Below are positions 1 to 10,940 of a stretch of 40,230 bases of DNA, piece after piece. The position numbers and the translations under genes are program-made. Each line of letters begins with the position of its first letter. Position 1 is the first letter of the stretch. The stretch lies in assembly GCF_006345805.1 (NCBI RefSeq), contig NW_021832941.1:1-40230 (forward strand). Reading direction: 5' to 3'. The notes under the pieces were generated by a model that saw nothing but the letters and a program-made list of their open reading frames with translations, searched no databases and was not told the origin of the DNA. Origin of the DNA: Octopus sinensis. Taxonomy: Eukaryota.

Positions 1-197
1 AAATCGTCGCACTCGCGCAAATTATCGGCCAGCAAATAAATATAAGCCGTCGATTCCATTACGGAATTAACCAGAAAAATCATAATTAATCAATATAGGG
101 TGGCAAAAAAAATTTTGTAGAAATGTTTTGCCACCAGCGGCCTAGTGGAAAAAAAAAAAAAAAAAAAAAAAAAAAATAATATAATATCTATATATAT

Positions 198-237
<40 letters not shown>

Positions 238-240
<3 letters not shown>

Positions 241-592
241 CGCAGGCGTGGCTGGTTGTAAGAAGCAGAAGTTGTTTCTCAACCACAAGTCGCGGAGTTG
301 AGTTCTAATGGCTGCTATAGCTTTAACTAACCAAAACAATGTGAGTGGATTTGGTAGATAGAAACTGAAAGAAGTCTGTTCTATATATATATGTTGATGT
401 ATATATCTATGTGTGTGTCTCAGTGTCTGTGTTTGTCTCTAACCCATCCGCTGGACAACCGCTGGTGGGCGTCCTTATGTCCCCATAATCTAGCGGTTCG
501 ACACCGATAGTCTAAGTACTAGGCTTCTAATCTTCAAAAAATAATAAGTCCTATGGTCGATTTATTTGACTGAAACCCTTCAAGTCTGTACC
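238..592 (+). mobile_element. SINE family B, diverged copy (tRNA-like head, internal TA/TG microsatellite, 3' body)
   Basis: Starts AGGCGCAGGCGTGGCT; contains GTGAGTGGATTTGGTAGATAGAAACTGAAAGAAG and TAGCGGTTCG...GGTCGATTT, which recur at 10578-10937 and 10941-11349. Confidence 0.8.
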
Positions 593-598
593 AAGATC

Positions 599-709
599 GA
601 GAGAGAGAGAGGGGGAGAGAGAGGGAGGGAGGGAGAGAGAGGGGGAATAGGTAGGTAGGCAGATAGACAGATAGACAAACGGATGTATAGATAGATAAAT
701 AGATGGATG

Positions 710-774
<65 letters not shown>

Positions 775-781
775 GTAGATC

Positions 782-829
<48 letters not shown>
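599..829. repeat. Compound (GA)n/(GATA)n microsatellite
   Basis: Direct reading; source of the spurious YLSI-repeat ORF 580-783. Confidence 0.95.
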
Positions 830-900
830 GCATCACACGCACATGCATTTATGTAAATGCTTTTTATATTTCATGGTTTAACGTGGCCCTGAATGTCTTG

Positions 901-923
901 GCCCCTTATGGGCAATAAAAGAA

Positions 924-960
<37 letters not shown>

Positions 961-985
961 TTTATTATTATTATTACTATTGCTT
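901..985 (+). repeat. Orphan retroelement 3'-terminal motif followed by (ATT)n
   Basis: GCCCCTTATGGGCAATAAAAGAAA then (ATT)n; similar terminal motif at 2218-2243, 9111-9133, 27846-27870 and at the LINE end 28713-28740 (minus). Confidence 0.6.
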
Positions 986-1340
986 TTAGTAGTTGTAGTA
1001 GAGGAGTTCGTTTTTAGTCTTTGTTTTTGTTTTCATAATTGAACAATGGGAATGCTTAAATGTGTGTGCAATAGCCAATCGTATAGGCGCTTGTATCTCG
1101 TGTGTTGAGTATATGTTGCGCGTATGTATGATGAATATGCATGTTTTCGCAAGCGTAACAATTTAAAAGACAAAAAATAAAAAAGTATTTCGATATAAGC
1201 ACATACGCTATTGTTGTATATCGGTTCATGAATTTTTCGGCTTCATTTTAGCACCATGGCTTTGGAAGATCAAACTCGCCATATTGCTTATTTCAAACGA
1301 ACTATACATATATATCAAAAGCCCAAACATCAAAAGTCAA

Positions 1341-1358
1341 TAAATAATAATAATAATG

Positions 1359-1419
<61 letters not shown>

Positions 1420-1446
1420 TAAGAAGAAGAAGAAGAAGAAGAAGAA
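1341..1446. repeat. (AAT)n-(AAG)n microsatellite
   Basis: Direct reading. Confidence 0.95.
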
Positions 1447-2012
1447 TCTATGAGAGATAATTGAAGTGAACGAAGGTCAACAGTTAAATTTGAACTTCCG
1501 GAAGTCATTAAGCGGTGGCTGGAGTTACTTGATGTATCAACAAAATCTCCCGCAAATCACACCCAAGAGTTTTAAAGTAGGAAAAAAAAAAAAAGAAGCT
1601 GATATATTGTTTAATGTATGACTCTTGGGTGCACTGTGGCACTGGGAACGACAGGAAGAGAAAAAGAGGCTGAAATGCTTTTTTTGTTTTTCATCGTGAG
1701 GTTTTTCTTTTTATATTTTCTAATATGTTTTTATAAATCTCGATCGACGCAGATCTGAAACCAATCAATGGCGGCAGCAACAGCACCAACAATAACAAAA
1801 TATGAACTGATTGCACTCTGCAAGGTTTATCCTGCATTATTACTATAATATTACTTATTTTGTTGTTGTTGTTGTTGTTGCTATTGTTGCATGTATATGT
1901 GTGACTGGGCTACAGTGGAATAGCTACTTCACCTCACGCCTTGCTAGAAATAGTAACCAAATCTCTCAAACTCGTAATGTGTCCCTCCATATTCTCAATA
2001 TAAGCATAGTAT

Positions 2013-2243
2013 AAAGTGGCGAGCCGGCAGAAACGTTAGCACGCCGGGCGAAATGCGTAGCCGTATTTCGTCTGCCGTTACGTTCTGAGTTCAAATTCCG
2101 CCGATGTCGACTTTGCCTTTCATCCTTTCGGGGTCGATAAATTAAGTACCAGTTACGCACTGGGTCGATGTAATCGACTTAATCCGTTTGTCTGTCTTGT
2201 TTGTCCCCTCTGTGTTTAGCCCCTTGTGGGTAGTAAAGAAATA
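2013..2243 (+). mobile_element. SINE family A, full length, with Tx1-like 3' tail
   Basis: Head GGCGAGCCGGCAGAAACGTTAGC, B-box-like GAGTTCAAATTCC, core GTCGACTTTGCCTTTCATCCTTTCGGGGTCGATAAATTAAGTACCAG (resembles the Meta/Sauria-type SINE core, from memory), tail matching the Tx1-like LINE end. Confidence 0.85.
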
Positions 2244-3001
2244 GGTATTTCGTGGCACGTTAATAGTAAGGATACAATGTATTCCAAGATTTACAAAAAG
2301 ACGAGGTGGGCCTGGATGGAACGGCTTTCATCAAGAATCTCTTTGATCAGGACTGCCATGGAGCTAAACGACAACCACCATCACCACCATAGTAACAACA
2401 ACAACAACAACAATAATAACAACTACTCTAGGCATTCTGTTGAAACATTAAGGCTCGGTCTATATGGCTGACAAACTGGTTCTTCACTATTGAAATGAAA
2501 TCCGCATGGAAGCCTTTTCCCATGTCAACAAACAGAAATTCATCAATTCAAATTGCTATCTTTGAACAAGGCACGCAACTCTGGATGCACCAGTCTGTCT
2601 GGCTGATACGAAGTTTTTCTATCATATTTCACAGTTGAGCATCTATCGGTGAGAGAGTCATCCATCTGTAAAAGCAATCTTCTACAACAATATGCAAATT
2701 TATATCTAAATCTTGTAAAAGCCTTCTCCGTACGCTACCATACAAAGTGTGCATGTGTTTGTGTGTGTGTGTGTAGCGCGTGAGTGTGCGTAAAGTGCAT
2801 GTGTGTGCGCACGCTATATATATATATATATATGTATACGAATGTATATTTGCATATAAATATACATATATGTACAAAATGGATATACATATATACTCGT
2901 GTGTGTATTATATACAAATATATGCACGTATGTGTGTATGTGTAAACACACACACATGCACACACACACGCACACACACACACACACACATATATATATC
3001 T

Positions 3002-3059
3002 TATAATACGTTTAAACCGGTATATATATATATATATATACCAGTTTAAACGTATTATA
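3002..3059. repeat. Near-perfect 58-bp palindrome centred on (TA)n
   Basis: TATAATACGTTTAAACCGGTA ...(TA)n... TACCAGTTTAAACGTATTATA; 21-bp arms, 1 mismatch. Confidence 0.9.
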
Positions 3060-3749
3060 TTTCTTATATTATACAATCACACACACACACACACAAACTA
3101 AATGATAGAAACATCTTTTCTACATATCTCTCAATTCGATTATAAACATATATGTTTGTGTGTACGTGTTTGTATGTTTCCCAACGTTCGTATGCGTTCG
3201 TGCGTATATTTGCATATATTTAAACGAGTCTATATATATCTGTGTAGTTGAGTATTAGTGCTTGTGAGTATTAGTGTGTGCATGCGTGTGTTTGTGTGTG
3301 TGTGTGTGTTTGTACTGTCTAAATGTGAATATGTACTTGGTTTATGTGCAATTTCGTTTGTAAAATGAACCAAATATCTAGGCTAAAATATATATGTCGC
3401 ATACTGTATGTGTATATATTTGAACAATATATATATATATATATATATACATACATACATACATACATATCTATATATCTATTTATCTATCTATCTATCT
3501 ATCTATCTATCAATCTATATATATATATTTACATGCATTTTCTTTCGTAAACTTTCCTTTTATATATATGTGTATATATTTGAACAATATATACTTATAT
3601 ACATACATACATACATATCTATATATCTGTCTGTATATATATATACATACATTTTCTTTCGTAAACTTTCCCTTTATATATATATACATATCTATATATA
3701 TATCTATATCTCTCTATATATATATGTGTGTATATATATATAATGTCTA

Positions 3750-3824
<75 letters not shown>

Positions 3825-3828
3825 AATA

Positions 3829-3862
<34 letters not shown>

Positions 3863-4527
3863 CTATATATTCACACGCACATTTAAATGTATTCTTACTT
3901 ATACGTAAAATGCCGTATGTGGCGACTGACATGGGGTTATAGTTCTGTAAAGAAGCTATCGCTTCTGCTACAAGTATAAACTTCAGGCTATTTCTATACA
4001 TAATACAGCTTCAAGCTGACTTAATCTTCGTTGCTCAGTGTGTATTATTAGATTTGAAAACAAATTACAGCCAGATTATATCACAATATTGCTAGAAAAA
4101 GAATTATTATAAAGAAAATTTACCATCTTTGGCACTCTTGCTTCTGTCTGTGTATGTTCGTGTGCAGTATACATGCTTACCAAGGTAACTCGGAATGTAC
4201 GCCTTTGGTTCTTAAACACACTAACATAGACATACACACAAACCCGTTCAGACATAGAAAGAGAGAGGGGGAAGATTACATTTGTAGCAATTTATATTTT
4301 TTATATAAATTACAGCATTTTATATATTTTTTTACCTCTCTTAGACATATATAAAGTACGCAATACGTTTTTATATTTATATTCTATAGCTTAGGTTAAG
4401 CTTGTTTTAGGTATACCAACTAATGTATATAGCTGTGTTTATATATATATATATATATATATATATTCTTACTTATACCCACACTCTCTCTCTCTCTCTC
4501 CTCTTTCACTATGTTATATTACATATT

Positions 4528-4560
<33 letters not shown>

Positions 4561-5091
4561 CTATATATATATAAATTTCTGTTCTGCTGCTTGGAACTGA
4601 ATGCAATGGTTTCAACCAGCCAAAATATATTCCTCTACATCAGCGTTAATTCTCAATAGACATTGATATATAGCGATATACATCGCTATATGAAACCATT
4701 GGTAAGGTATCGACTTCATGTGATAAGGGAGTAAACGTATAATTCACACTCTAACAACGTGCTCTAAAGTAATTTTTCTTCAGTTCATCATGAAATCACA
4801 CACACACACACATAGACACACACACGTACGCTTACGCACGCACGCACACAGACACACACATACACACACACACACAAAACATACACACACAATTTTGGGT
4901 GGATGGAGGGATGGAGAAACGTGGATGTAGATACTTGTATAAATATAGATGTAGGGATAGATATGCGGATAGACAGACAGACAGACAGACAGACAGGTAG
5001 GTAGGTAGAGAGAGAGAGAGAGAGAGGAGGGGGGGATTATAGATAGATAGAGAGAAAGACAGCTAGCTAGCTTGATATATAGATAGATAGC

Positions 5092-6085
5092 TTTCTTGAT
5101 TTGAACACAGAGGGGACAAATACAAATGTAGAGCTTTTGTAAAATTCCGATGAAAAGGGATCGGTGGGAAAAACGATCAAAAGGGATCGTGTATCACAGA
5201 AAAGTTTTAAAAATGTAAAAAGCAAGATTAGGTTTATCCATGGAAAGAAAAACCTGCGGAAAAGACCAGGCTAACCTCAGGCAGGGAGGGAATAAACGCA
5301 TGAGAGCAAAGAGCTCTCTCTCTTTTTTGGATTTACAGGATCATACTCAAAGTGGTTTCTTCACTCACACGCACCATCTTTGCTACATTCACCCACCTTT
5401 TTTTGAAACTTCCACGAGACAAAACCTGCCTCTCCATTCTCACCTTCCTTTTCAAGTGGTACTTGAGAAAGTTGACGAGTGATTGGCCAGAGAGGTAGGT
5501 GTTTGTCTCAAATCCTTTCGCTCGAGTCCACTATCACATTCTTTCACCATGGCCACCGGTACGATGAAGATTACCTTGTAGCGGAGCAATTGTCACAATA
5601 GACTCGGCCGACATGCGGACTCGTGCCACACGTGACAACAGCCGTTCGGCATAAGCCCACAGGTCCGAAATGGTTGGACACTGCACGAGTGCGTGCAGAC
5701 CGGTTTAGTCGTTCTGACCGCACCTCGGGCAAGTCGGTCCAGTGTGTCTCGAACTGTGCCTGTAGAGCTTATGCCGAACATGTAATGCATCTCGATAGCA
5801 CTGCCAGGCCAGGGATCTCTGGTGATTGCCCATAGGTCCCGGTCCGAAAGTTGTCCTGGGTCAAATGTTCCTCGTCGATGCCCAAATTCTGCCCGAGAAA
5901 AATCGTTTCACCTCCCCTCCAGTAATCCTCTATAGAACGTCTTTGTGGAACTGAAGTTGCACAAGTTTGGTCCCGGACGGCAGAGTTGCTTGAGAGCAAC
6001 ACGACACACGCGGTGCCATTTGCCTAGCCTCGGTCTCTGTTTGATCCACGACTGTGGTTTGGCCAAGGAGACGAGCTGCAAGAGA
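5092..6085 (-). mobile_element. 5'-truncated, decayed Tx1-like LINE (end of ORF2 plus 3' UTR)
   Basis: Collinear with 28713-29870 (e.g. TTGCTACATTCACCCA, ACTAGACAAAAC/ACGAGACAAAAC, GCCAGGCCAGGGATCTCTGG); retains a remnant of the C-terminal CX2C...H...C zinc-finger coding region; frameshifted; 3' end abuts GATA repeats. Confidence 0.9.
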
Positions 6086-6457
6086 CCGCATGATTAGATT
6101 GAAACAATGACATCGTGAGAGCAGACATTACAAACCGTTTCAGAGCACATTTTCCTTTCATTTTTTTCTTTCTTCTTTCTATTTTTATATTTTTACTTTC
6201 GTCCGGTAAAGTTTTGGTCTGAAAAACTCCACTTGTATGCTGGTAAATACGATACGTTCCAAATGTGCAAGGAAACTTTTTGACACTTCATAATAGACAG
6301 TACTAAATAGAAATTAAACGAAAAGTGAATGTAACTATTCTTTGTGCATTCTTAAGCTCACGATGTAATATACACACACACATATATATACATATATATA
6401 TGTGTGTGTATATATATACACACCCACATATATATACATACATATCTACATATATAT

Positions 6458-6504
<47 letters not shown>

Positions 6505-6530
6505 TTTATTTTAGGCAGCAGAAAATTCAA

Positions 6531-6578
6531 CAAAATCTGTTACTCTGAGTTCTCGTTGCCGTTCATCAGACAGTTTTG
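6531..6578 (-). ncRNA. Type I minimal hammerhead ribozyme motif (left arm; GAAA reduced to GAA, probably inactive)
   Basis: Minus strand CTGT-CTGATGA-ACG-GCAA-CGA-GAAC-TCAGA-GTA-ACAG. Confidence 0.55.
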
Positions 6579-6589
6579 CTAGATTCTAG

Positions 6590-6639
6590 CAAAAACTGTC
6601 TGATGAACGGCAACGAGAAACTCAGAGTAACAGATTTTG
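6590..6639 (+). ncRNA. Type I minimal hammerhead ribozyme motif (right arm)
   Basis: CTGT-CTGATGA(6600-6606)-ACG-GCAA-CGA-GAAAC(6617-6621)-TCAGA-GTA-ACAG; stem I CTGT/ACAG, near-palindromic stem III ACTC(A)GAGT, GUA triplet; one stem II mismatch. Confidence 0.7.
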
Positions 6640-6735
6640 TTGAATTTTCTGCTGCTTAAAATAAAGCATATTACTCTACCACTGGTATTTGAGTACTCTT
6701 TTTTCCACCTTGTTTCACATTTATGTGTTTACTCC

Positions 6736-6796
<61 letters not shown>

Positions 6797-7087
6797 CCAC
6801 ACACCATTGCATATACACACCAGCCAGCCGTCACACACTCAAAATCCTGCGCCATTGCAGTCTTCACATTGGAAAGCCTCTCCGTTTTTGAGATCTCACC
6901 ATATGGATGCACTCTTATAAGCGCATCCCGACCTGAGTCCATTTCCAACTGCCCTACCACTACATAGAATTGCATTCCCACACGGTCCCTAATCTCCTCT
7001 CCCGCTTTTTGTTCCCACCATTCTCAGAGACCTCGTATTAGTGTCATGGCCAACGCGCTGCTTTCTGAATAAAAACAAATGGGTATG

Positions 7088-7118
<31 letters not shown>

Positions 7119-7437
7119 GCGTATGTCTTGCTAAATCTTTATGTAATTTAGCGTGAAAAATTTTTTAAGGGATATAGCTTTGAATTTATTAATTTATTAT
7201 TATTATTACAGCTGGGTATTCAGGCCATTTTCCTTCTTCATAACCTATTTTTCATTTTAGTCTTTCTATGATTTTTTGACAGTAATATGATTTTAAACCG
7301 TAATTTGTTATTTCATGCAACCGGTTATTGAAAAGACCATTAGTTGAAAGGACCAATGAAACAAAACCATTTTCAAATGTGTATCCATTAAAATAATTGT
7401 ATTTCTGCATATAATTTTATATTGCTCCATTCTAAAC

Positions 7438-7480
7438 AAAACCGCCCGATGAACGGGAACGTGAAACTCTGAGTAACAGC
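7438..7480 (+). ncRNA. Degenerate third copy of the same hammerhead motif
   Basis: CCGATGA-ACG-GGAA-CGT-GAAAC-TCTGA-GTA-ACAG; stem II intact, U4 changed to C, stem I eroded. Confidence 0.6.
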
Positions 7481-7761
7481 TTATGTGATATTTTTACTGC
7501 TTTTTGATAAAGTATATGTACGTATGTATGCATGTATGTATGCATGCATGTGTTTCCGCGTGTGTGTGTGTAGAGAGAAAACGAAATACACATGTAACGA
7601 GTTTTGTATACGCACATTCGTACACACACACACACTCATACACCATGCATATACCGTCAAAAGTATACATTCATTTACTTGTCTATGCATAAGCATATGA
7701 AATACGTACGTTTTTTCTCTCCTTTTTTTCTCTCCTTGTATCTCCTTGTTTTTTCTGTGTA

Positions 7762-7799
7762 TCTTTCTGTCGAAGAGCGTATGCTCGAAACGTAAAAGA
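7762..7799 (+). ncRNA. Minimal type I hammerhead motif of a second PLE family (A6 mutated)
   Basis: TCTTT-CTGTCGA-A-GAGC-GTAT-GCTC-GAAAC-GTA-AAAGA; stem I TCTTT/AAAGA, 4-bp stem II, palindromic ACGT stem III; T-rich tract then (TA)n at 7878. Confidence 0.6.
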
Positions 7800-7877
7800 C
7801 TTTTTCTATTTCTATTCCTGAGTGCTATACTAATACATTTGTTTGTTTGTACTCCACCTGCCTTCGTCTTTTGTTTA

Positions 7878-7895
7878 TTTTCGTAAACTTTGCCG

Positions 7896-7961
<66 letters not shown>

Positions 7962-8004
7962 CATATACAGGGTTTTACATATATACTTGAGATGTGTGTG
8001 TATA

Positions 8005-8056
<52 letters not shown>

Positions 8057-8110
8057 TAATATATAGAAATGTATATATATATTGTATACATATTTACGAA
8101 TATAATATTA
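7878..8110. repeat. (TA)n-rich microsatellite
   Basis: Direct reading. Confidence 0.95.
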
Positions 8111-8845
8111 TACATATGTCATATATAAAGATATTTGCATGTATAACCATATTTACGTGAGTCGCTGAGAAAAATAGAAAGCCACTTAAAATTGCCGAAT
8201 TGCAGAAATGTAGAATGGCTGACTCACTCTGTAGATAAATGACGCATATAAACCTATATGCGTCAGTGAATTTTTCTAATGGTTTTCCCTATTACTAAAT
8301 CCTTTCTTTATTTTATACAGGTTATGTCCATTATCAGCTTTAAATCCCTTGCACCTAACGAACAACTTTAAACAAAAATGAAAGGCTCCGATGGAATAGG
8401 ATTGGAAATTTTTAAAAGACGCCAGCTTCTGGTATCAGAGCTGAGTACAACTTGAGGTAAATGTTTGCTTTTGACGCCATTTTGGCTGTTGTAGTCGCTG
8501 TAATTTTTGTAATGATTCTCTTTAAATTATTGTTGTTGTGAATTGTTCTACTTCCAGCATGCATCTGTAAACCATGAAACGGAAATGTGAGAGTGGGCAA
8601 ATGACCCTTATGCTCAAGGGAAAACGTATTTTTTGTAGGGCTTGCTTCATTGGATCCAAAGAAGTGATCTATTCCATTGGAGTATTCTGTTGTTACTTTT
8701 TTTTTGGGGGGGGGGGGTCTTTTAACATTTTTACACGTCAAACGAAACCGCCCTCCCTCCACCATATTTTGTGTTTTATCCTTTGTACAGCCTTGTGTTC
8801 TTTGAGCTCTCCTGAGTAATAAAAAATCATTATCAGTATTATCAT

Positions 8846-9050
8846 TAAAGCAGTGAGCTGGCAGAATTACTAGTGCGTCGGACAAAATGCCTGGTGGTAT
8901 TTCTTCCGGTTTTAAATTCTGTGTTATCATGCCGTCGAGGTCAACATTGCCTTTTATCATTTCGGGGTCGATAAAATAAGTACCTGACAAGTACTGGGGT
9001 CACTGTAATCGACGAGCCCCTATCCCAAAATTTCAGGCTTTGTGCTTTAT
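8846..9050 (+). mobile_element. SINE family A, diverged copy
   Basis: GTGAGCTGGCAGAAT head, core TTTCGGGGTCGATAAAATAAGTACC, tail CCCAAAATTTCAGGCTTTGTGC. Confidence 0.8.
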
Positions 9051-9360
9051 TATACACACACACATTCTTTGATTTGTCCTATACTGTCCATAAAGATTTT
9101 CTTAATATAAACCCTTGTGGTTAATAAAGAAATCATCATCATCATCATCATCATCATTATTATTGAGTGAGAGAGCAGTGCATGCCATCCAAGTGACACT
9201 GGGGTAGAAATATATGAAGCCCAATATACCCATAATGACCACCCGTCTGATAAGAGTACAGCCATTACATACTACATTAGTTGGCAGGAATGTTGTCTCG
9301 ATTGAATAATTCTACATTGTTTTTTTTTTCGTTATTTATCTTTTTATCTATTCATTTATT

Positions 9361-10290
9361 TTGTCTTCTGAAATCACATCTGGTCTTCCTGTATTTCAGT
9401 TCTATGGTCAGACGTTATGGAGCATTCTCATAAAACCTTGTAATAATTATTATTCTCCATCACAGCTTCTGACTCGTGTTGATATGCTTTTTCTCTTCTT
9501 ATACTCGGCTAACATCCCAATGCAATTTATTTTTACCAATACAGTCATGCCTACGTTTGGATGCTAGCTTACTGCATTCACCTAAGAGATGGTGTTTATA
9601 CTTCCGTCTCTTTTCCACAGATTCTGCGTTTGCTCTCCGACTGAGTTTTATCAATCTTTGCCTTTATCAGATTTCTTTTTGTTGTTAAAGTGGTCCTGGT
9701 TGTATATTGGTTCGAAAACAAAGAATAGATAACCTCTGTTTGAATATCTTTGATCATAGCTTTTCCTTGGAGCTATACACCATCATCACTGCAGCGATTC
9801 AGTTGTTTAAGAAAGACGAGTCACGTACTCATTTAGTACAGTCAAAATCACATCCCTTAAATCGTGTATATACCTTAAAGTATTTACTTGTAAGTATATG
9901 GCCATGCATATTAGGTAGTGGCCAAAAGAGTACGGTGGCGAACACAAGGAGCCAAATGGGATTCCATCGAAAGATATCTGGATTAACGTTACTCGACGCG
10001 GTTACTCTCCAAGTCAAGCCACCACTTCTCTGAATTGAGAAGTCACAGCTCCGGTACTGCGGACACGTGATTAGAATGTCGCTGAAAAACATCATGACAC
10101 GGGGTTGGCCGCCACACAACAGGGATAGACCAACATCAAGATGGTTAGATGCTATCCATAATCTCAATTGGTCAAACTTGGTAATCCAGCCAGAAAGTCT
10201 AATGGCGACATCTTCTAATAGGAGGGGTGGGGGAGATTCTATCCTCTCAACCCTCCTAGAAATAGAAGGCGGACAGAAATATTGGCTGAA
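9361..10290 (+). mobile_element. Decayed RTE-clade (Rex3/Expander-like) LINE, C-terminal RT region
   Basis: Broken plus-strand frames give YGH..VVAKRVR, MGFHRKISGLTLLDAV, IEKSQLRYCGHVIRM and RPTSRWLDAIHNLNWSNLVIQP, matching the RTE C-terminal pattern (IERSQLRWFGHV.RM...GRPRTRW); many stops and frameshifts; 5' boundary uncertain. Confidence 0.7.
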
Positions 10291-10335
10291 AGGACTGGAC
10301 AGTATACTTGTATCAATAAGTGATTGAGATAAAAT

Positions 10336-10548
10336 AAAGCGGCGAGCGGGCAAAATCGTTAAAGCGACGGGCAGAATGCTTAGCGGTCTTTCGTCGGTCT
10401 TTCTGAGTTCAAATTCAATCGAAGTCGACTTTACCTTTCTGGATCTACAAAACAGATCCTAGTTGAGTGCTTGGATTCATATGATTGACTAATCCCCACC
10501 CCAACCTCCGAACTTGCACGCCTTGTACCAAAATCTGAAATCGATAAG
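10336..10548 (+). mobile_element. SINE family A, diverged copy
   Basis: GCGGCGAGCGGGCAAAATCGTT head, GAGTTCAAATTC, GTCGACTTTACCTTT, tail CCTTGTACCAAAATCTGAAA. Confidence 0.75.
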
Positions 10549-10577
10549 TGTCTGAGTAAGATATATATATATAAAAT

Positions 10578-10717
10578 AGGAGCTTGCTTCCTAACCACGT
10601 GGTTTCAGGTTCAGTTCCACTGCGTGGCACCTCGGGCAACAATCGTCTACTATAGCCTCGAGCCGACCAAAGACTAGTGAGTGGATTTGGTAGACGGAAA
10701 CTGAAAGAAGCCCGTCG

Positions 10718-10750
<33 letters not shown>

Positions 10751-10937
10751 TTGGGTGTCTGTATTTGTCTCCCATCATCGCTTGATAACCGATGTTGGTG
10801 TGTTTACGTCCCAGTAACTTAGCGGTTCGGCAAAAGACACCGATGGAACAAGTCTTGGGATCGATTTGTTCGACTAAAGGCGGTGCTCCAGCATGGCTAC
10901 AGTCAAATGACTGAAACAGATAAAAAATAAAAGAATA
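10578..10937 (+). mobile_element. SINE family B, slightly 5'-truncated
   Basis: GCTTGCTTCCTAACCAC...GGCACCTCGGGCAAC...GAAAGAAGCCCGTCG-(TA)(TG)-...GGCGGTGCTCCAGCATGGC...AATGACTGAAACAG, A-rich tail. Confidence 0.9.
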
Positions 10938-10940
10938 GAC

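Larger units (their letters stand above)
6501..6738. mobile_element. Penelope-like element remnant with inverted (fold-back) terminal segment
   Basis: 169-bp inverted repeat 6501-6669 containing hammerhead motifs, then a T-rich stretch ending at (TA)n; flanked by (TA)n on both sides. Inverted terminal segments with minimal hammerheads are established PLE features. No RT or GIY-YIG coding sequence seen. Confidence 0.65.

Noticed and set aside
99-148. GGTGGCAAAA...TTTTGCCACC hairpin followed by CTAGT (Helitron 3'-end-like)
   Set aside because: Element body would lie outside the window; evidence too short.
1494-1505. ACTTCCGGAAGT palindrome (double ETS-like site)
   Set aside because: 12-bp palindromes are expected by chance in 40 kb; no promoter or exon context.
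3405-3675. Local ~160-bp tandem duplication; also a 20-bp tandem at ~17955-17995
   Set aside because: Ordinary slippage duplications in low-complexity DNA.
4663-4704. Hammerhead-like 3' half: 10-bp hairpin, GAAAC-CATTG-GTA
   Set aside because: CUGANGA is degenerate (TTGATAT) and no stem I partner exists; possibly an old PLE remnant but not supportable.
8240-8265. 11-bp-arm hairpin TGACGCATATA-AACC-TATATGCGTCA
   Set aside because: Isolated, with no poly-T, core motif or second copy; no function can be assigned.
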